A stretch of 64,000 nucleotides of DNA from the human T2T-CHM13v2.0 reference genome, Homo sapiens (GCF_009914755.1 NC_060934.1); one strand, 5' to 3'; shown: positions 24,344 through 37,997, numbered from the stretch's first letter. Made by a program: numbers and translations. The notes: generated by a model from the letters alone, not told the origin.

Positions 24344-25036
24344 AATATTATACAAAATGTTGATTTCTTTTCCTTTTGGTGTTATTGATTGTATTTCTTG
24401 CATAATGAGAAGGAGACTTTTGAAAAGTTGCATGATTGCCCAAAATCAGTCAGCAGAAGAGACAGAATCAGATCCCAGATGACCTTTCTAAAGCCCTGAA
24501 AGTGTTTTTTCCACTATACCACCCAGTCTTCCAGAACCATGTGCCTCAACTTTGTGGTGACTGAGTTAAACAAGTAACTGCACTGGTTGCAAATAATACA
24601 ACCAGTCTCTGAGGTGTATTTATGCTGCAGATAGCTATAAAAGAGCTTTATTCCATTAACTTAACTACCAAAATTAGTTATATTTACTCATAAATATAAA
24701 TATAAATGTGTGATTATTAAATGAAGTATTGCTAATTTCCCAGCCAGAAGAATCACTTTTTAGTGTTGGAAAATACTCTCTTCTTGCTTTTGTCTGAACT
24801 CTCAGCCACTTTCTGGCTGAGAAATCTTTTGCTATTCAATTAGTCTAAAGATTTGAGGTGAGAGAAGATAAAAAGGAAATCAGAATTTTTTGCTGGCTGC
24901 TTCTTTCTACACCTTATATCTTCCCTGACATAATGCTTAAATAGGAAAAGAACACAGTAGGGGGACAATGACAAGAGTATGCAGGAGGAAAAAGAATAAA
25001 ATGTATATCTTAAACATTATCCAGCCATAAATATGT

Positions 25037-25070
<34 letters not shown>

Positions 25071-25079
25071 GATAGATAG
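25037..25079. repeat. (GATA)n tetranucleotide STR
   Basis: About 8 perfect TAGA units, one TGA, then further units. Confidence 0.95.
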
Positions 25080-26489
25080 TTATAAAAATCAGCAAAAAAT
25101 AATACAACAGCAAGAATATGAGTTGAAAATTTTCACAAGAAAAAATAAAAATATAAAATATGTCTCATTTATATTTTCAAAATAATCAATTTCACTAGTA
25201 ATTACATAAATATAAATTAAACAATTTTTGGACTTGTACTTGCAAAGATTAAAAAGTGTGACAATATCTTGCATTGAAGAGAGTACGAGGACACTCCTGT
25301 TAGCAGACTCCTCAAGGAAACTGAAAAGTCTGTTTGAAAAGCCTTCAAAATTTTCCTATATTTTGACCCCAAATTTTCATTTTTATAAATGTACCTATTG
25401 AAAAATAATCATAGAAATTCACAAAGATGTTTTTTGGAGATGCTTATTATAAAAACTTGAATGTTCAGCAATAGGGAATTGGTTTAAATAGGGGCTGCAG
25501 CATGTAATGATTTTTTTTTTTTGCAGTTTTAGAAGTAATGCTGATGAGTTAAAATAGAGGTAGATAAAATAGTATTAGATTCTACCCTTGAATATTTATA
25601 TACCTACAAAAAATCTGACATGCCATGTAATTTGAATGGTGGTTATTCCTGGAAGTTCATTTTGGAGATTGTTTTATTTTGTTCTTTAATTTTTAAATTT
25701 TTCTTTCTTTTTAGTAATTTCTGAGTATATGTTACTTTCATAATTAGATATGTATTACGTATTATAGTTATTTCCATTTTTGATAGAAAAATATGGAAGG
25801 AAAGAGAAGATGAAAGGAGGCAGAGGAAAGTATTCCTGGTAAAATTGGAGTGACATCACCTAAGCCAAAGTTTTTGTCAGCAAAGAGTGTTGATGGGAGG
25901 AAATGATCATCTGCATAAATAAGAAGCTCTTCAAAGGGACTTTGTCCTTCAGCTCCCCTAAAGTTCTTCTCTATGCCTAAAGTCTATTGGCCAGGGGCTA
26001 ACATATAATAAATACATTATTCCCACCTCTTACCAATTTTCCTGGTCTTTCTTCTTCAGGGCTTCCCACAGGGTCCCAATCCCAGTTCCCTTTATGAACT
26101 TAAATTCATAATTCACAAAATTGCATATTGCTTCTCCCCATGATTCTTGTTCCAGGTTCATAGCTTTCTTACCTGCCAAAATACATATATTTGACCTCTG
26201 CTAAATAGCAATTGATACCAATGACCTAATACATTAACTATCACTCAATAAATATTTTTTGAGCAAACATTTCATTATAAGGGACCATGCTAGGTGCTTT
26301 GAGGAGAAAAATAAACAAATAGCAAGCCTGATTTTTATACCCAGGTTTGGGAGACTGTAAATAAAATAGGGACAACTAAATAATGCTAGAGATTTAAAAA
26401 GCTAACAACAACAATGGAACCTAATGTCTGTTGCATTATGTGTTTTGGGAATCAGTGCAATGTATGTTTAAAGAATTAGTGGTGTCAGA

Positions 26490-26690
26490 TAAGCTGAGTA
26501 TTTGGATCCATAAGACCTGAGTTTGAGATTCAGATCTTCCACTTTCTCTATCAAAGTCTTTTCATTCCTCTGGGTCTGTTTCTTCATCAATACAATGGAT
26601 TCTATAATATTAATGGCTTTTTCATAGGATTGAAACAGATTAAAAATTTACAAAATATTGCATCCATGAATGTATAGTTATGATTAATGT
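26490..26690 (+). mobile_element. MIR
   Basis: aagacctgagtttgagattcagatcttccact...ctctgggtctgtttcttcatcaatacaatgg. Confidence 0.6.
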
Positions 26691-26888
26691 CCTTCAATAT
26701 GCTCCCTCACATTATTATTCCCCATGTGATAGGCCACTTGGTCTTCTCCCTGCCCTGGGAAGAGTACTGGGATAAAAGCCAGACATAAACAACAATTGAG
26801 TCACAAAAGCAGCCACACAGCTAGACAGAATATCAGATACCATCACTGTCCCCTGAACCTTGCAAGATAATGAGTCAGTTCTCTGAAT

Positions 26889-27191
26889 TGTAAACCAAAA
26901 ATAAAATTCTAAGCCTCTCCAAGCATCTGACTAGATTCCTCCTTTTGGCAAAGGCATTCCAAAACTAACCTGAAAAACTAGTTCAGGACACGATGGTAAG
27001 GAGGATGTCAGACATGCCTCATTATACCCTCCTCCTTTTGGAATTACCGATAGAAGAGATTCTTTAAGTCTGATAAGACATATTTACAATCTATTCTTTC
27101 TGGAGCCTGCTACGTGGAGGCTTCACCTGCATGATAAAATCTTTGTCTTCATAAACCCTTATCTTAACCCAGACATTTCTAAGTCTTTAGA
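26889..27191 (+). mobile_element. MER4B/D/E-group ERV1 LTR, 3'-truncated
   Basis: Starts tgtaaaccaaaaataaaattctaagcc; aactaacctgaaaaactagttcagg; cagacatgcctcattataccctcctcc. Confidence 0.8.
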
Positions 27192-27739
27192 AAAGCAAGT
27201 AAGAAAGAAAAGTTGCTAATGTTCAGCTAATATCTATTTAATAGGCAGTAAAATGCAGTAGTGTCATTTTCCATGAGTCAAAAATATTCATTAAAACTGA
27301 TGATTTATAATCATTCTGCGGTAACATTAGTTAGAATATTTGACCAACAAAAATGACAATGTTTAAAAAATGATGTTATGGTACTCCTAGAAAAAAAATT
27401 CCCAGTTTGAAGACTTATATAAAGGATATAGATTTGATCATAAAACTAATAATCTGGCTTATATTGCAAAACTACTTTACATTCAAGTATTACCAAAATG
27501 GAAAATGACTTAGGTCACTAAAAGAAAATCCCTTTGATCATAAGACCTGCCATGACCGCGCTAAATTCAAGCACTCGAGACTAGTTGATTGGGCTTTAGA
27601 AATCTTATCTGGTAAAATAAATATAAGCCTGGGATATACAGCATATTAAGTCAGATTTAGTCATTCATATCTTAGATTAATTTGTCAGATCTTTTCTTAA
27701 ATATAGAAAAATTTTGGATGACTGATGTTCACTGTAATT

Positions 27740-29325
27740 CTGTTAGGAAGACTGAGAATAAAGATGGGTGCAAAAACATCCTCCAGTCTTTACTGAGTGG
27801 CTTTGGGATAGAAATACTTCACTAATCAGTCCAGCTGGTATTCTAAGGATTTCTCAGATCTTTTCTATGGCTATGCCAGCTCCAAACCTCTTGTTCCATC
27901 TGTGGGAAGGGGAGTTACAGGAGAAGTCTGAGGATTACATGCCTTTTCAATCCACTAAGCCAGGTCAGGTGCTGAGAGCATCCCATTTGCTTTCTCTAGG
28001 TTCAATACCCTGAAATGCTTGACTTTGTGTGTCTTCTTCCAATCCCACAGAGTCAAATAGGCTGTCAGTTAGAGACTTGCACTGGGTATCTGGTTACATT
28101 TGTGGAGCCAACAGGAGAGGTAAAATGAGGCTCACAGGGCACTTGAGGTGACCATGAGCCAGTTGGGAGTGCATTCAGAGGCAAGGGGTCCTATATATCT
28201 TGTAGGTAGGCTTCCTGATTGTCTGAGGAGCAAAGTAGTTAGGTCCAGGGCTTTTCTTCCCTGCTGCCAGACTCTCCTCAGCACTCAGCCCTGACAATCA
28301 CCTCAGTATTCTGAGTGGGGTGAGAAAGAAGTGAACTTCTTGGTCAGCATCTCACCCTGCTAAGGTAGCTGGGCACTTACTCACTACACTCTCACATTCT
28401 TTCAGAAATAAATAACCAACTAAGGGGGTTCTCTCCCCCAGCCATGGCAGTTAGCTGTGCTGCCTTGAAGTGGGGGTGCTTTGCCCTCTTCGTGTATCTA
28501 TCCTCAAACTTTTGGCTCCAACTGTTCTGTGCAGGAGACATGCGAGGGGAGAAGAAAAGGCACACACACAATACCTTTATGGGTAAAAAAGCTTTATCCC
28601 ATGTAAATGGCAATGCAGATATAATAAGCAAATGATATAATAAGGAAATTATATAATAAGCAAATTGCAATGGGAAGGGGAGAAGGGAAAAGATATATAT
28701 ATATATTTACATTCACCAGGCTACGGAGGATTCATCATCAGACTGGGGAGCAACAGCCTGGGCTCCAGAGTTGGACACTGCACTCACCAGACTATGGAGG
28801 ATTCACCACCACAATGGGAAGCAACAGCCTGGGGTCCAGAGTCGGCCACTGGTCCATGCTCAGACAAGTAGAGGTCTCATTAAGTTTCAGTACAGTCTGG
28901 CAACCTAGCTCTTTTTGTAACGAGTTGTTTGGCATGAGGCCCAGTCATGAGGGCCCTTCATGACTGGGCTCAAGGAACACAAAAAGTTCAACTTGTTTTT
29001 GCGATTGCCTGTTGTTTTTCAACAACTAACATATAGAAATAGATTGAAATAGAGACTTGTCTGAAACAATGCTGGATCAATGTCTCAAGGGGCTCATACA
29101 ACTCATTCTGGGACTTGGTGACCATTGTTTGTGTCCATGTTCAATTGAGTTCAAATGTAATATTTAGCTTTTCCTCCACACCAACACCATGCTGGAACTT
29201 CTCCACTAGACTCTTAGACTCCCACAGGACACTCTCTTTCATGGATAGCAGTCAAAATCAATCCTTCTATAGGTGAGGGGGATGACCATAGAAAGCGCCT
29301 ATTCTGCTATCTTACTGTCCTCATC
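27740..29325 (-). mobile_element. Old L1M 5'UTR, interrupted by LTR18B
   Basis: Reverse complement near 29320 reads cagtaagatagcagaatagg (L1 aagatggc start motif); GC-richer 5'UTR-like sequence. Confidence 0.55.
28523..29180 (-). mobile_element. Solo LTR18B (HERVL18)
   Basis: Reverse complement starts tgtggaggaaaagctaaatattac and ends gcacagaaca; tataataagcaaat repeats; 5-bp TSD CCAAC (28518-28522 / 29181-29185). Confidence 0.85.
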
Positions 29326-29329
29326 TCTT

Positions 29330-29725
29330 TTTTCTAATTGGCATATTTAGACCACTTGATTTTAATGTAAAACTTGATATTTTAAATCTGACATCTTATT
29401 TTTTGTTTTCTGTTTATCTCTGTTTTATATTTCTTTTTTCCTGCTTTTCATAGATTGAAAATTTTTATATTCCCATTTGATTTATTTAATGTATATTTAG
29501 GTGAATATCCTTTTGTAGCTTTTTTAGTAGTTACTCTAGGTATTAATTTATATATACAAAACTTACCACAGTCTATGATGTCAATATTTTATCAGTTTGA
29601 GTAAAGTATTAAAAATTATCCCCTTTACCTTTTATACTCTTTACTCCTTACCCTCTTTAATATTTATAAAATAATTGTCTTATATATTTCCTCTACCTAC
29701 ATTGAGAACGACATTAAAATATAAT
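29330..29725 (-). mobile_element. Old L1MC/MD fragment
   Basis: gcatatttagaccacttgattttaatgta...tttttagtagttactctaggtatt, L1M antisense. Confidence 0.5.
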
Positions 29726-29729
29726 GGGA

Positions 29730-31975
29730 TGTTACAGTCAAAGTACTAAAAGAAAAATAAAAAGAACTACCAAACAAGACTACTTTATCCAGCAAAGTTG
29801 TCCTTCAGAAATGAGAGGAGATAAAGACTTTCTCAGACAAACAAAAGATTAGGGAGTTCACCACCACTAGAATGGCCATACAAAAATGTGTCCAGAATTT
29901 ATTCCTTCCAGTGGGTCCTTGGTCTCACTGACTTCAAGAATGAAGCTGTGGACCCTTGCGGTGAGTGTTACAGTTCTTAAAGATGGTGTGTCCAGAGTTT
30001 GTTCCTTCAGATGTTCACATGAGTCCAGAGTTTCTTCCTTCCGGTGGGTTTGTGGTCTCGCTGACTTCAAGAGTGAAGCCGCAGACCTTCGCAGTAAGTG
30101 TTACATCTCTTAAAGGTGGCGCTTCTGGAGTTGTTTGTTCCTCCCTGTGGGTTCGCGGTCTGACTTCAGGAATGAAGGCACAGACCTTCACAGTGAGTGT
30201 TACAGCTCATAAAAGTAGTGCGGACCCAAAGAGTGAGCAGCAGCAAGATTTATTGTGAAGAGTGAAATAACAAAGCTTCCACAGTGTGGAAGGGGACCCA
30301 AGCAGGTTGCCGCTGCTGGCTCAGGTGGCCAGTTTTTAGTCCCTTAGTTGGCCCCGCCCACATCCTGCTGATTGGTCCATTTTACAGAATGCTGATAGGT
30401 CCATTTTTACAGCGTGTTGATTGGTGCTTTTACAATCCTTTAGCTAGACAAAAAAGTTCTCCAAGTCCCCGTCTGACCAAGAAGACCAGCGGTCTTCACC
30501 TCTCAAAAATGCTAAAGGAAAAATTTTAAGCTTAATTGAAAGGATGCTAATTGGTAACATGAAAACATATAAAAGTATAAAACTCAGCGAGAAATGAAAA
30601 CATTAAAAATAACTATAACTACAATAATTTGTTAATCATACACACAGTAAAAAGATGTAAATTGTACAACAGAAACCTAAAATGTGGGGACAGCAAAAGT
30701 ATAGAGTTATATATGTGAATAAAGTTATTATCTTAAATCAAACTGTTAAAACTACGTTTTATAAAACTCAAGGTAACCACAAAGAAAAAAATCTGCAATA
30801 GATTACTCAAAAGGTAGAGAGAAAGGAATCAAAGCAAAACACTATAGAAAATCATCAAATCACAAAGGAAGACAGCAAGAAAGGAAGAAGGAATCTATAA
30901 AACAGCAAGAAAACAATTAATAGAATGGCAATAGTAAGTCTGTATTTATCAATAATTACTTTAAATGTAAATGGATCAAATTATCCAATCAAAAAATATG
31001 GAGTGGCTAAATGGATACAAACATAAGACCAAACTACATGCTGCCTGTGAGAGACTCACTTCACCTGTAAGGACACACATAGCCTGAAAGGAAATGGATG
31101 ATAAAAGCTATTCCATGCAACTAGAAACTTAAAAGAGAACAAGGGTAACTATACTTAAACAAATAGACTTTAACTCAAAAACTAAGAAGAGACAAAAAAG
31201 TCATTATGTAATGATAAACTGGTCAATTCATCAAGAGGATAAAACAACAGTCAATATACTATGCCCCTAACATTAAAGCCCCTAAATACATAAAGTAAAT
31301 ATTAACATATCTGAAGGGAGAAAGAGACAGAAATACAACAATTGTAGAGTACTTCGATACCCCACTTTCAACAATGTAGCTTATCCAGAGAGGAATTCTA
31401 AAAGGACACATTGGTCTCGAACTGTACTTTAGACTAAATGAACCTGACAGACATATAAAAAACAGTCTATTCACAGCAGCAGAATACACATTCAAGTACA
31501 CATGAAACATTCTCCAGGATAGATTATATGTTAGGCAACAAAACAAATCTTGAAGATTGTTAATCTTGATATTTAAGAAGATTGAAATCATACTAAACAT
31601 CTTTTCTGACTATGATGGTACAAAACTAGAAATCAACAAATAAGAAAAAAAACTGAAACATTCACAAATATGTGGAAATTAAACACCACACACCTCAAAA
31701 AATAAATGCAGCAAAGAAGAAACTACAGGAATAATTTAAAAAAAAATTGAGCCAAAACAAATGGAAACACAACATACTAAAACTTATAAGATGCAGTAAA
31801 AACAGTTCTAAGATGGAAGTTTATAGTAATAAAGACCTACATAAGGAAATATTATATAAAAAGATCACAAATAAATAATGCTACACCTCAAGGAGCTAGA
31901 ATAAGATCAAACTAAGTCCAAAGTTATTAGAAGGAAGGAAAAAGTAAAAATCAGAGCAGAGATAAATAAAATAGT
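29730..31975 (+). mobile_element. L1MA-type fragment (end of ORF1 through ORF2 endonuclease), interrupted by LTR12
   Basis: ttctcagacaaacaaaagattagggagttcaccaccactaga; tcaataattactttaaatgtaaatgga; many stops. Confidence 0.85.
29887..30505 (-). mobile_element. Solo LTR12 (ERV9), short variant
   Basis: Repeated gtctcgctgacttcaagagtgaagccgcagaccttcgcagtaagtgttaca units; gctgattggt CCAAT units; reverse complement starts tgagaggtgaag; 4-bp TSD AAAA. Confidence 0.92.
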
Positions 31976-31979
31976 CTAC

Positions 31980-34900
31980 GGACTATTGCTATGGTGATAG
32001 CACCCCAACTATCACTGTTCGTATTCTCTGCAAAGTTTTGGTTGTAAAATCAAGCCTCCATCTTGTTTTACATCCTGAGGGTATGACTTGTAACTCTGGT
32101 GGCAAGGCTTTGTTTAGCAATCCTATCTTAGGGAATAACTTTCTTTATGGTTTGATGTCTGCATGTTTTCCTACCCCTGTCTCTTAAAGGGCTCTACCCA
32201 GCAACTGGGTTTTCTTGTGCCTGTCTGTGTATGTGTTGTGTGTAATGTCTGGAAAAGAGCTCTAGTTAATTTGGCCTAAAGAAAGACAACTGCTTGCATC
32301 TAATATTTTTTAAAGGGAGGATAAAAGCTGTGGTACTTTTCAGAAATAAAAGCAGCCTTCAATCTTGTTGGTAAAATGCATGTGTCATTAAAATGTAAAT
32401 AGATGAACTAAACTATGCAGGTCTGATGCAAGATTTGCTAAATGTTTTGAGGTTGCAAACTGCTTTTTGGGTTTTTGAGAACTATCTGACTTGTGGGCTT
32501 CACAATTGCAAGACCTGGGGACATATGGAACTAACCATACCCTTAATTAAGAAGGGAAACCTTGGCTGCACTTAGCACACAATTTAAACAACTTACCAGG
32601 TTTCACATTAAAGTTAAAAATTGCTAAGAGTTACCATTATAACATGTAATTGAAACTACTGGAAATAGATTTACATGCAAGGTATGTAAGAACAGTAAAA
32701 TGTGTTTTTTAGTAAAAGGTTATAAGAAGGCATGGAAATATAAATTTGTGCCTAGTGTTAAAGGATTGTTTTGAGTTAGATAGGAAAAGCCAAAGTTTCA
32801 AACAAGTGGTGGAAGAACTGTGGAAATTAATCTTGCAGAAGAGGTTCTCTATGCAAACATATTAACAAAATTCAAAAGGGTTATAAAAGAATTTTGCTTC
32901 TTTAAGACTTCTGAGTCATCATTTTGGCAAAATAAATGACTTATGGTAATCTGGAATTCTGTTTCATAATATCGAGTGCTTTAAACATATTTAACAGGCT
33001 TCCCAAATGAAACCCCAGTTTCAAAATTGTCTTTCCTGACCCCTGACATCGGATACTTCAGAGGGCCCCTGGAATGTCCAGAAAAGAGAGGTAAACAGGA
33101 TTATTGGACGGGTTTAGATACATGGGATTGACAAAATGATGTTCATTCTTCTTTAGGTTACATTTTTGGTGAATAAGGCTAATATATGTTCCAAAATTTA
33201 TGAGAATTCTAATGTCTAAGTATATGCTATCAATCATAATTAAGGTTGTTATGTTAAGTTGTTGTAAACCACAGAGATGGCCAAACTTCTTTGTCAATTG
33301 TGTTGCTAGCTGTAACTACCCTGGACATTTTGCTATTCACAGACAATTGTTGTCTTGTTTTAATCCTTTTCAAAAGATGGTTCGTAATAAGCTATAGAAA
33401 TTTAACAGATCCTCTAAAATACAGGCTTCTGATAACTTTGGAAATTGTAACATTGGAATAAAGGAAAACATACAGGACTCGTGAACAGCTGAAATGTTCA
33501 TGAATATTAAGCAAAACAAGAGTCAACTAAATGGACTAAACTCAGAAACTGAATGGAGCAAATCTTTCTGACTTTTGCTTGAAATATTGCTGATCCTTGT
33601 TATGTTTTTCAGAGTCAAAGAAACTTATTTTAAACTATTTATGGCCTTTAATTATTAAGATACACTCCTAGATCAAAATTTGGAGCATGTTTGTTTCTCT
33701 CTGCCTGCTTCCCTTAGAATTTGGAAAGTATCTGTGAGTATTCTTAACTTACAGCAATATAGTTGTTTGCATCAGTGCAATAAGAATCCATCTTTCTTTT
33801 GCAACAGAACGCAATTGGAAAAACTGGTCATTTCACCAAGGCTTTGACTGGAAGGGTATGCTTCCCTTTAAGGAGTCAATCTCGACTTGCAGAGCCAATA
33901 AAAGCCCAGTGGGGAGACTGGCCTCATAACTTTGTCTATGCAGTCCCTGTACAGGGTTCCTGATGTGTGGTCAGTAATGATTGTCACTTTCTAACAGGTC
34001 CAGGAGCTCCAAGTTTATCTCGGGACCTTATGAGGAGAGGATGACCCCACTCACAGGTATTTGAGGATACTAACCCATGGCTGGGCTCAGTTTTAAAATA
34101 CCTTATCTGAGACTCCTTGTGGAACAAAGTTCCATCAAAGCCAATCCAAAAGGCCTATGTAGAAATGATTATTCTTGCTGCACTTTATGTAAATAATCAG
34201 GCCAAGTGTAAAACCAAAGTCTATTTTTCAAACAACCCAGTCCCATTATGATTTGTTTTTTTTAAACAAACATGAGGACTGGAGAGAGTAAAATTATATT
34301 CCAAACTTTCTCATACATTTGTCATTAAATTCTAAACTAACTAATTGTTTTTAAGTTTTCTCCTACATTTTAGACTAATCCTGCTTGTTCCTGTGAACCA
34401 ACCAGCAATCTCTGGCTGCAGCTCAGAAAGAACAAAAGGGGATGGGTAATGTAGAAATCCTGATCAATATTCTAGTTCTGTGCAATTATCCTGCAAATCT
34501 TGCCAGGTGATGGAATACATAGGGAATAAATAGGATCCCATCACTCAGAGGTTTTCTTTTGGGGAAGTAAGACCAAGGGAGCTAACCAAAGCCAGACACC
34601 ATGCACCCAAATCCTAGCAAGCATAACTATAGCTACCAGTTATCTGGGGGTGTCATAAGACATCCTTTCTCACCCTCGGAGGAGGACTTAGTTCCACAGT
34701 TTCATCATAGCATTTGGCTTATGATAAGGAGTCCACGCAACTTTCCCCGAGACACATTTTTGTCCCAGACTCAATTACAGGCTTTGGGTTAAAGCCCTAG
34801 AAAGAAAATTGGATATAAAGGATCCAGAGGCAGACAACAACAGAGGTTAAAAGGCACAGCACAGGGGAGCATGGCTGATTCCTGTTGATTAAGCCAACCC

Positions 34901-35574
34901 CAAACTTCCTGTTTCATGGATAAAGGCCACATTAATATCCATGGTGTAAATGAGGTCTAGGGCACTCCAAGGCTACTGACAGTAGCAGTGATAGAGGCAT
35001 AGGTGAGAGCAGATAATTCCTATTCTCTAGGCCTTCCCTGCTTCATGTGTGCAAGCTGCTTTGGCACTCATGGCGGGACCTGCCTAGGTCACAGGGACTT
35101 GGAGATGCAAGGATGGAAGAGGAAAAGAGGACACTCTTCCTTTTCTCCCTCATGTACCCCAGGTATCTGCTAGGAAGAAAAGGGAGCCAGGGATGCCTGC
35201 TCCCCTCTTTCTAGATGGGTAGCTATTAATCTTCAGTATGTACCCCTTTTGAATACATCCTGAACCCCGGGGACTCCCTTAAAAAAATGCCTTTTTGAGC
35301 TTACCCTTCCTATTGTTTTGTTTTGATACATGTTTTCTAATAACCCGGTTTGTCTGTTCTTAGACCATCAAACTCCAAATGGTCATGCAACCAGAGCCTC
35401 TGACGATGGCCCCTTCTGCTGGGAACCCTTAAATAGGCCTCTGAGGAAGCTCTGACTGCCATTTCCCCAAAAGCTCTGACTGCCGTTTCCCTGTCAGCAG
35501 GAAGCAGTTAAGTTTAGTCTTCATCTTTATCCTTATTCTCATGGCAGTTAGATATACTTTTTTAGAGCGGGGAA
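31980..35574 (+). mobile_element. Non-autonomous ERV1 internal sequence (MER61-int / MER4 group), 5' LTR missing
   Basis: MER4-group internal sequence; env-tail remnant accatcaaactccaaatggtcatgcaacc; polypurine tract tttagagcggggaa directly before the LTR; no long ORF. Confidence 0.75.
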
Positions 35575-35877
35575 TGAGACAGCCAGGTGGGAGGGGGTCC
35601 CTGGAAAAATTCTAACTGCACCGGGGTGGGGCCTCAGGAAGTTCACGCATTTTGCAGCTGGGAGGAGCGTGGCCCCTCCTCTTCCTGCATGGAACCTGGG
35701 ATTCAAACAGGGGCTCTGGCCTTGCGGAAGATCCCTGTTTCTCTCCTTCTTTTCCCTTTTCACCCAATAAAACCCTGCCTTAATCACACTTCAAACCATT
35801 TGCTAGCCTAAATTTTCATGGCCATGGGACAGACAAGGACTCAGTCTTTAGCTGAACTAAGGAAATGTCCTGAAACA
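35575..35877 (+). mobile_element. MER61A/B 3' LTR
   Basis: tgagacagccaggtgggagggggtccctgg...cccaataaaaccctg...tttagctgaactaaggaaatgtcctgaaaca. Confidence 0.85.
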
Positions 35878-35879
35878 GT

Positions 35880-36360
35880 AATATGAATGTATACATGTGA
35901 TAAATGACATAAAGCCATAGTGTACATATTGTGCCAATGTCAAATTCCTAATTTTGATTTTGTGCTATAATTATGTAAGGTATAACCATTGGGGAAAACT
36001 GGTAAGGGGTACGTGGATCCCCTCTGCCCTACCTTTGAAACTCCCTGTGAATCTATTCTTTTTTTTTTTTTTTAATTATACTTTACGTTCTAGGGTACAT
36101 GTGCACAACATGCAGGTTTGTTACATATGTATGCATGTGCCATGTTGGTGTGCTGCACCATTAACTCATCATTTACATTAGGTATATTTCCTAATGCTAT
36201 CCCTCCCCCCTCCCCCCACCCCACAACATGCCCCAATATGTGATGTTCCCCTTCCTATGTCCAAGTGTTCCCATTGTTCAATTCCCACCTATGAGTGAGA
36301 ACATGCAGTGTTTGGTTTTTTGTTCTTGTGATAGTTTGCTGAGAATAAAAAGGTAAAAAA
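35880..36360 (+). mobile_element. L1MC-type 3' end, interrupted by L1PA
   Basis: aatgtcaaattcctaattttga...taaccattggggaaaactggtaagggg...cctgtgaatcta. Confidence 0.6.
36057..36346 (-). mobile_element. L1PA (PA3-PA5-like) 3'UTR, 5'-truncated
   Basis: polyT then attatactttacgttctagggtacatgtgcacaac...cccacctatgagtgagaacatgc. Confidence 0.92.
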
Positions 36361-36967
36361 GAATTTAGGTCAAAGTTACTTGTTCACAGTCTGTGGAGGA
36401 GATTCACTTGATTCCTTGATCAGCATCAGTAGCCTTGAACAACAGGACAGAGTCAATCTTATGAAGAGTGGCCTGAAAAGTTTCATCATATTGAACCTTC
36501 TCCTGCAGAATTCCTCTAATGAACTATTAAACTACAAGAGGATACATAGCAAAAGGCAGATTTCAAATATATTTTATAAGTTTGTTGTGAAGATAAAGAC
36601 AAAATAATAAATGTAAAGCCTTTAAAAACTATTAAGCCAAGTTTAGCAAGCTTTTTTTTGTAAAGGAGAAGAGAGTACATATTTTAAGATTTGTGGGCCA
36701 TATGGTCTCTTTTGTAAATACTCAACTCTGTCATAGTCCAAAAGTAGCCATAGAGAATATGGAAAAGAAAGAGCATGGCTGTGTTGCAATTGAACTACAG
36801 TCATGCACCACATTACAAAGTTTTACTCAACAACAGACCACATATACGACAGTGTTTGCATAAGATCATAATAGATCTGAAAAATTCCTGTTGCCTAATG
36901 AGTCGCAGCCATCTTAACATTGTAGCACAATTATTTACTCATATGTTTGTTTTAATATTGGTGTAAA

Positions 36968-37675
36968 TGTGAAAGGAAAATAAACCTGGGAGCCCCCAAA
37001 TTACTAAGCCAAAGGGTGTCAGGCAAACCTGTCTCTCATTTTATTTTAAAATAACTACAAAGATTTTTTTTTTTTTAAGCTACATACCTCCCTCACAATT
37101 TGCCCACCATGAAATTCCTTGTGAGCCTCAAGGTCTTCACCCTAAAACAGTTCTGTTGAATTTCACCCTGGCAATGTAAACTGATAGCTTATCTTCTCAG
37201 GGGCAGGACAAAGGACAGACAGAACTCAGAGTCATCTCTGCTCACCTGCATTATTGGATTGCTTCCTCTGCCCTATTGTTTATGTAAAAATGCAGATTCA
37301 CTGAGTCAGACTAAGACACAAGTGACTATTCCTCTACTCTCCTCTTACATGTAAATTTTATATTCAGTGAAAGGCTGATTAAAGACCCAAAAAGACCTAA
37401 AAGAATGCAAACTTTTGTCTCTTATTTACCTATGTCCTGGAAGCCCCAATTTCTAGTTGTCCCGCCTTTCCAGACCAAACCAATGTACATCTTACACATA
37501 TTGATTGAGGTCTCATGTCTCTCTAAAATGTATAAAGTCAAGCTGTGCCCTGACCACCTTGGGCACATGTTCTCAGGCTCTCCTGAGGGCTGTGTCACGG
37601 GCCATTGGTCACTCATCCTTGACTCAGAGTAAATCTCTTTAAATATTTTACAGAGTTTGACTCTTTTCATCAACA
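36968..37675 (+). mobile_element. Solo MER4A-like ERV1 LTR
   Basis: tgtgaaaggaaaataaa...ccctgaccaccttgggcacatgttctcagg...tttacagagtttgactcttttcatcaaca; 4-bp TSD TAAA. Confidence 0.88.
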
Positions 37676-37997
37676 TAAACAAACCCATTGTGCTGCCAGT
37701 TGTAAAAAGTATAGGACACACAATTATGTACAGTACATAATACTTGATGATAACAAATGGCTATGTAAATGGTTTATGAATTTATTATACTATATTTTTA
37801 TTGTTATTATAGAGTTTACTTCTTCTAGTTACAGGGAAAAAAAAAGTTAACTGTAAAACTGCTGCAAGTCGATCCTTCAAAAGGTATCATAGGAGATGGT
37901 AGCTCTATGTGCGTTATGCGTGGAAGACCTTCTGGTGGGATAAGATGTGGACATGAAAAACTATGATACTGATGATCCTGAACATGTGTAGCCCTAG

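Noticed and set aside
28938-28970. Hairpin ggcccagtcatga...tcatgactgggct
   Set aside because: As I recall it is part of the LTR18B consensus, so it is not locus-specific.
29887-30230. Regularly repeated ~50-bp units resembling a CRISPR-like array
   Set aside because: They are the normal internal repeats of LTR12 in primate DNA; there are no unique spacers or cas genes.
31980-35574. Possible gag/pol/env coding capacity
   Set aside because: No ORF over about 80 aa and no retroviral protein motifs; non-autonomous internal sequence.
35575-35877. Possible p53 response element in MER61
   Set aside because: No RRRCWWGYYY pair is visible in this copy.
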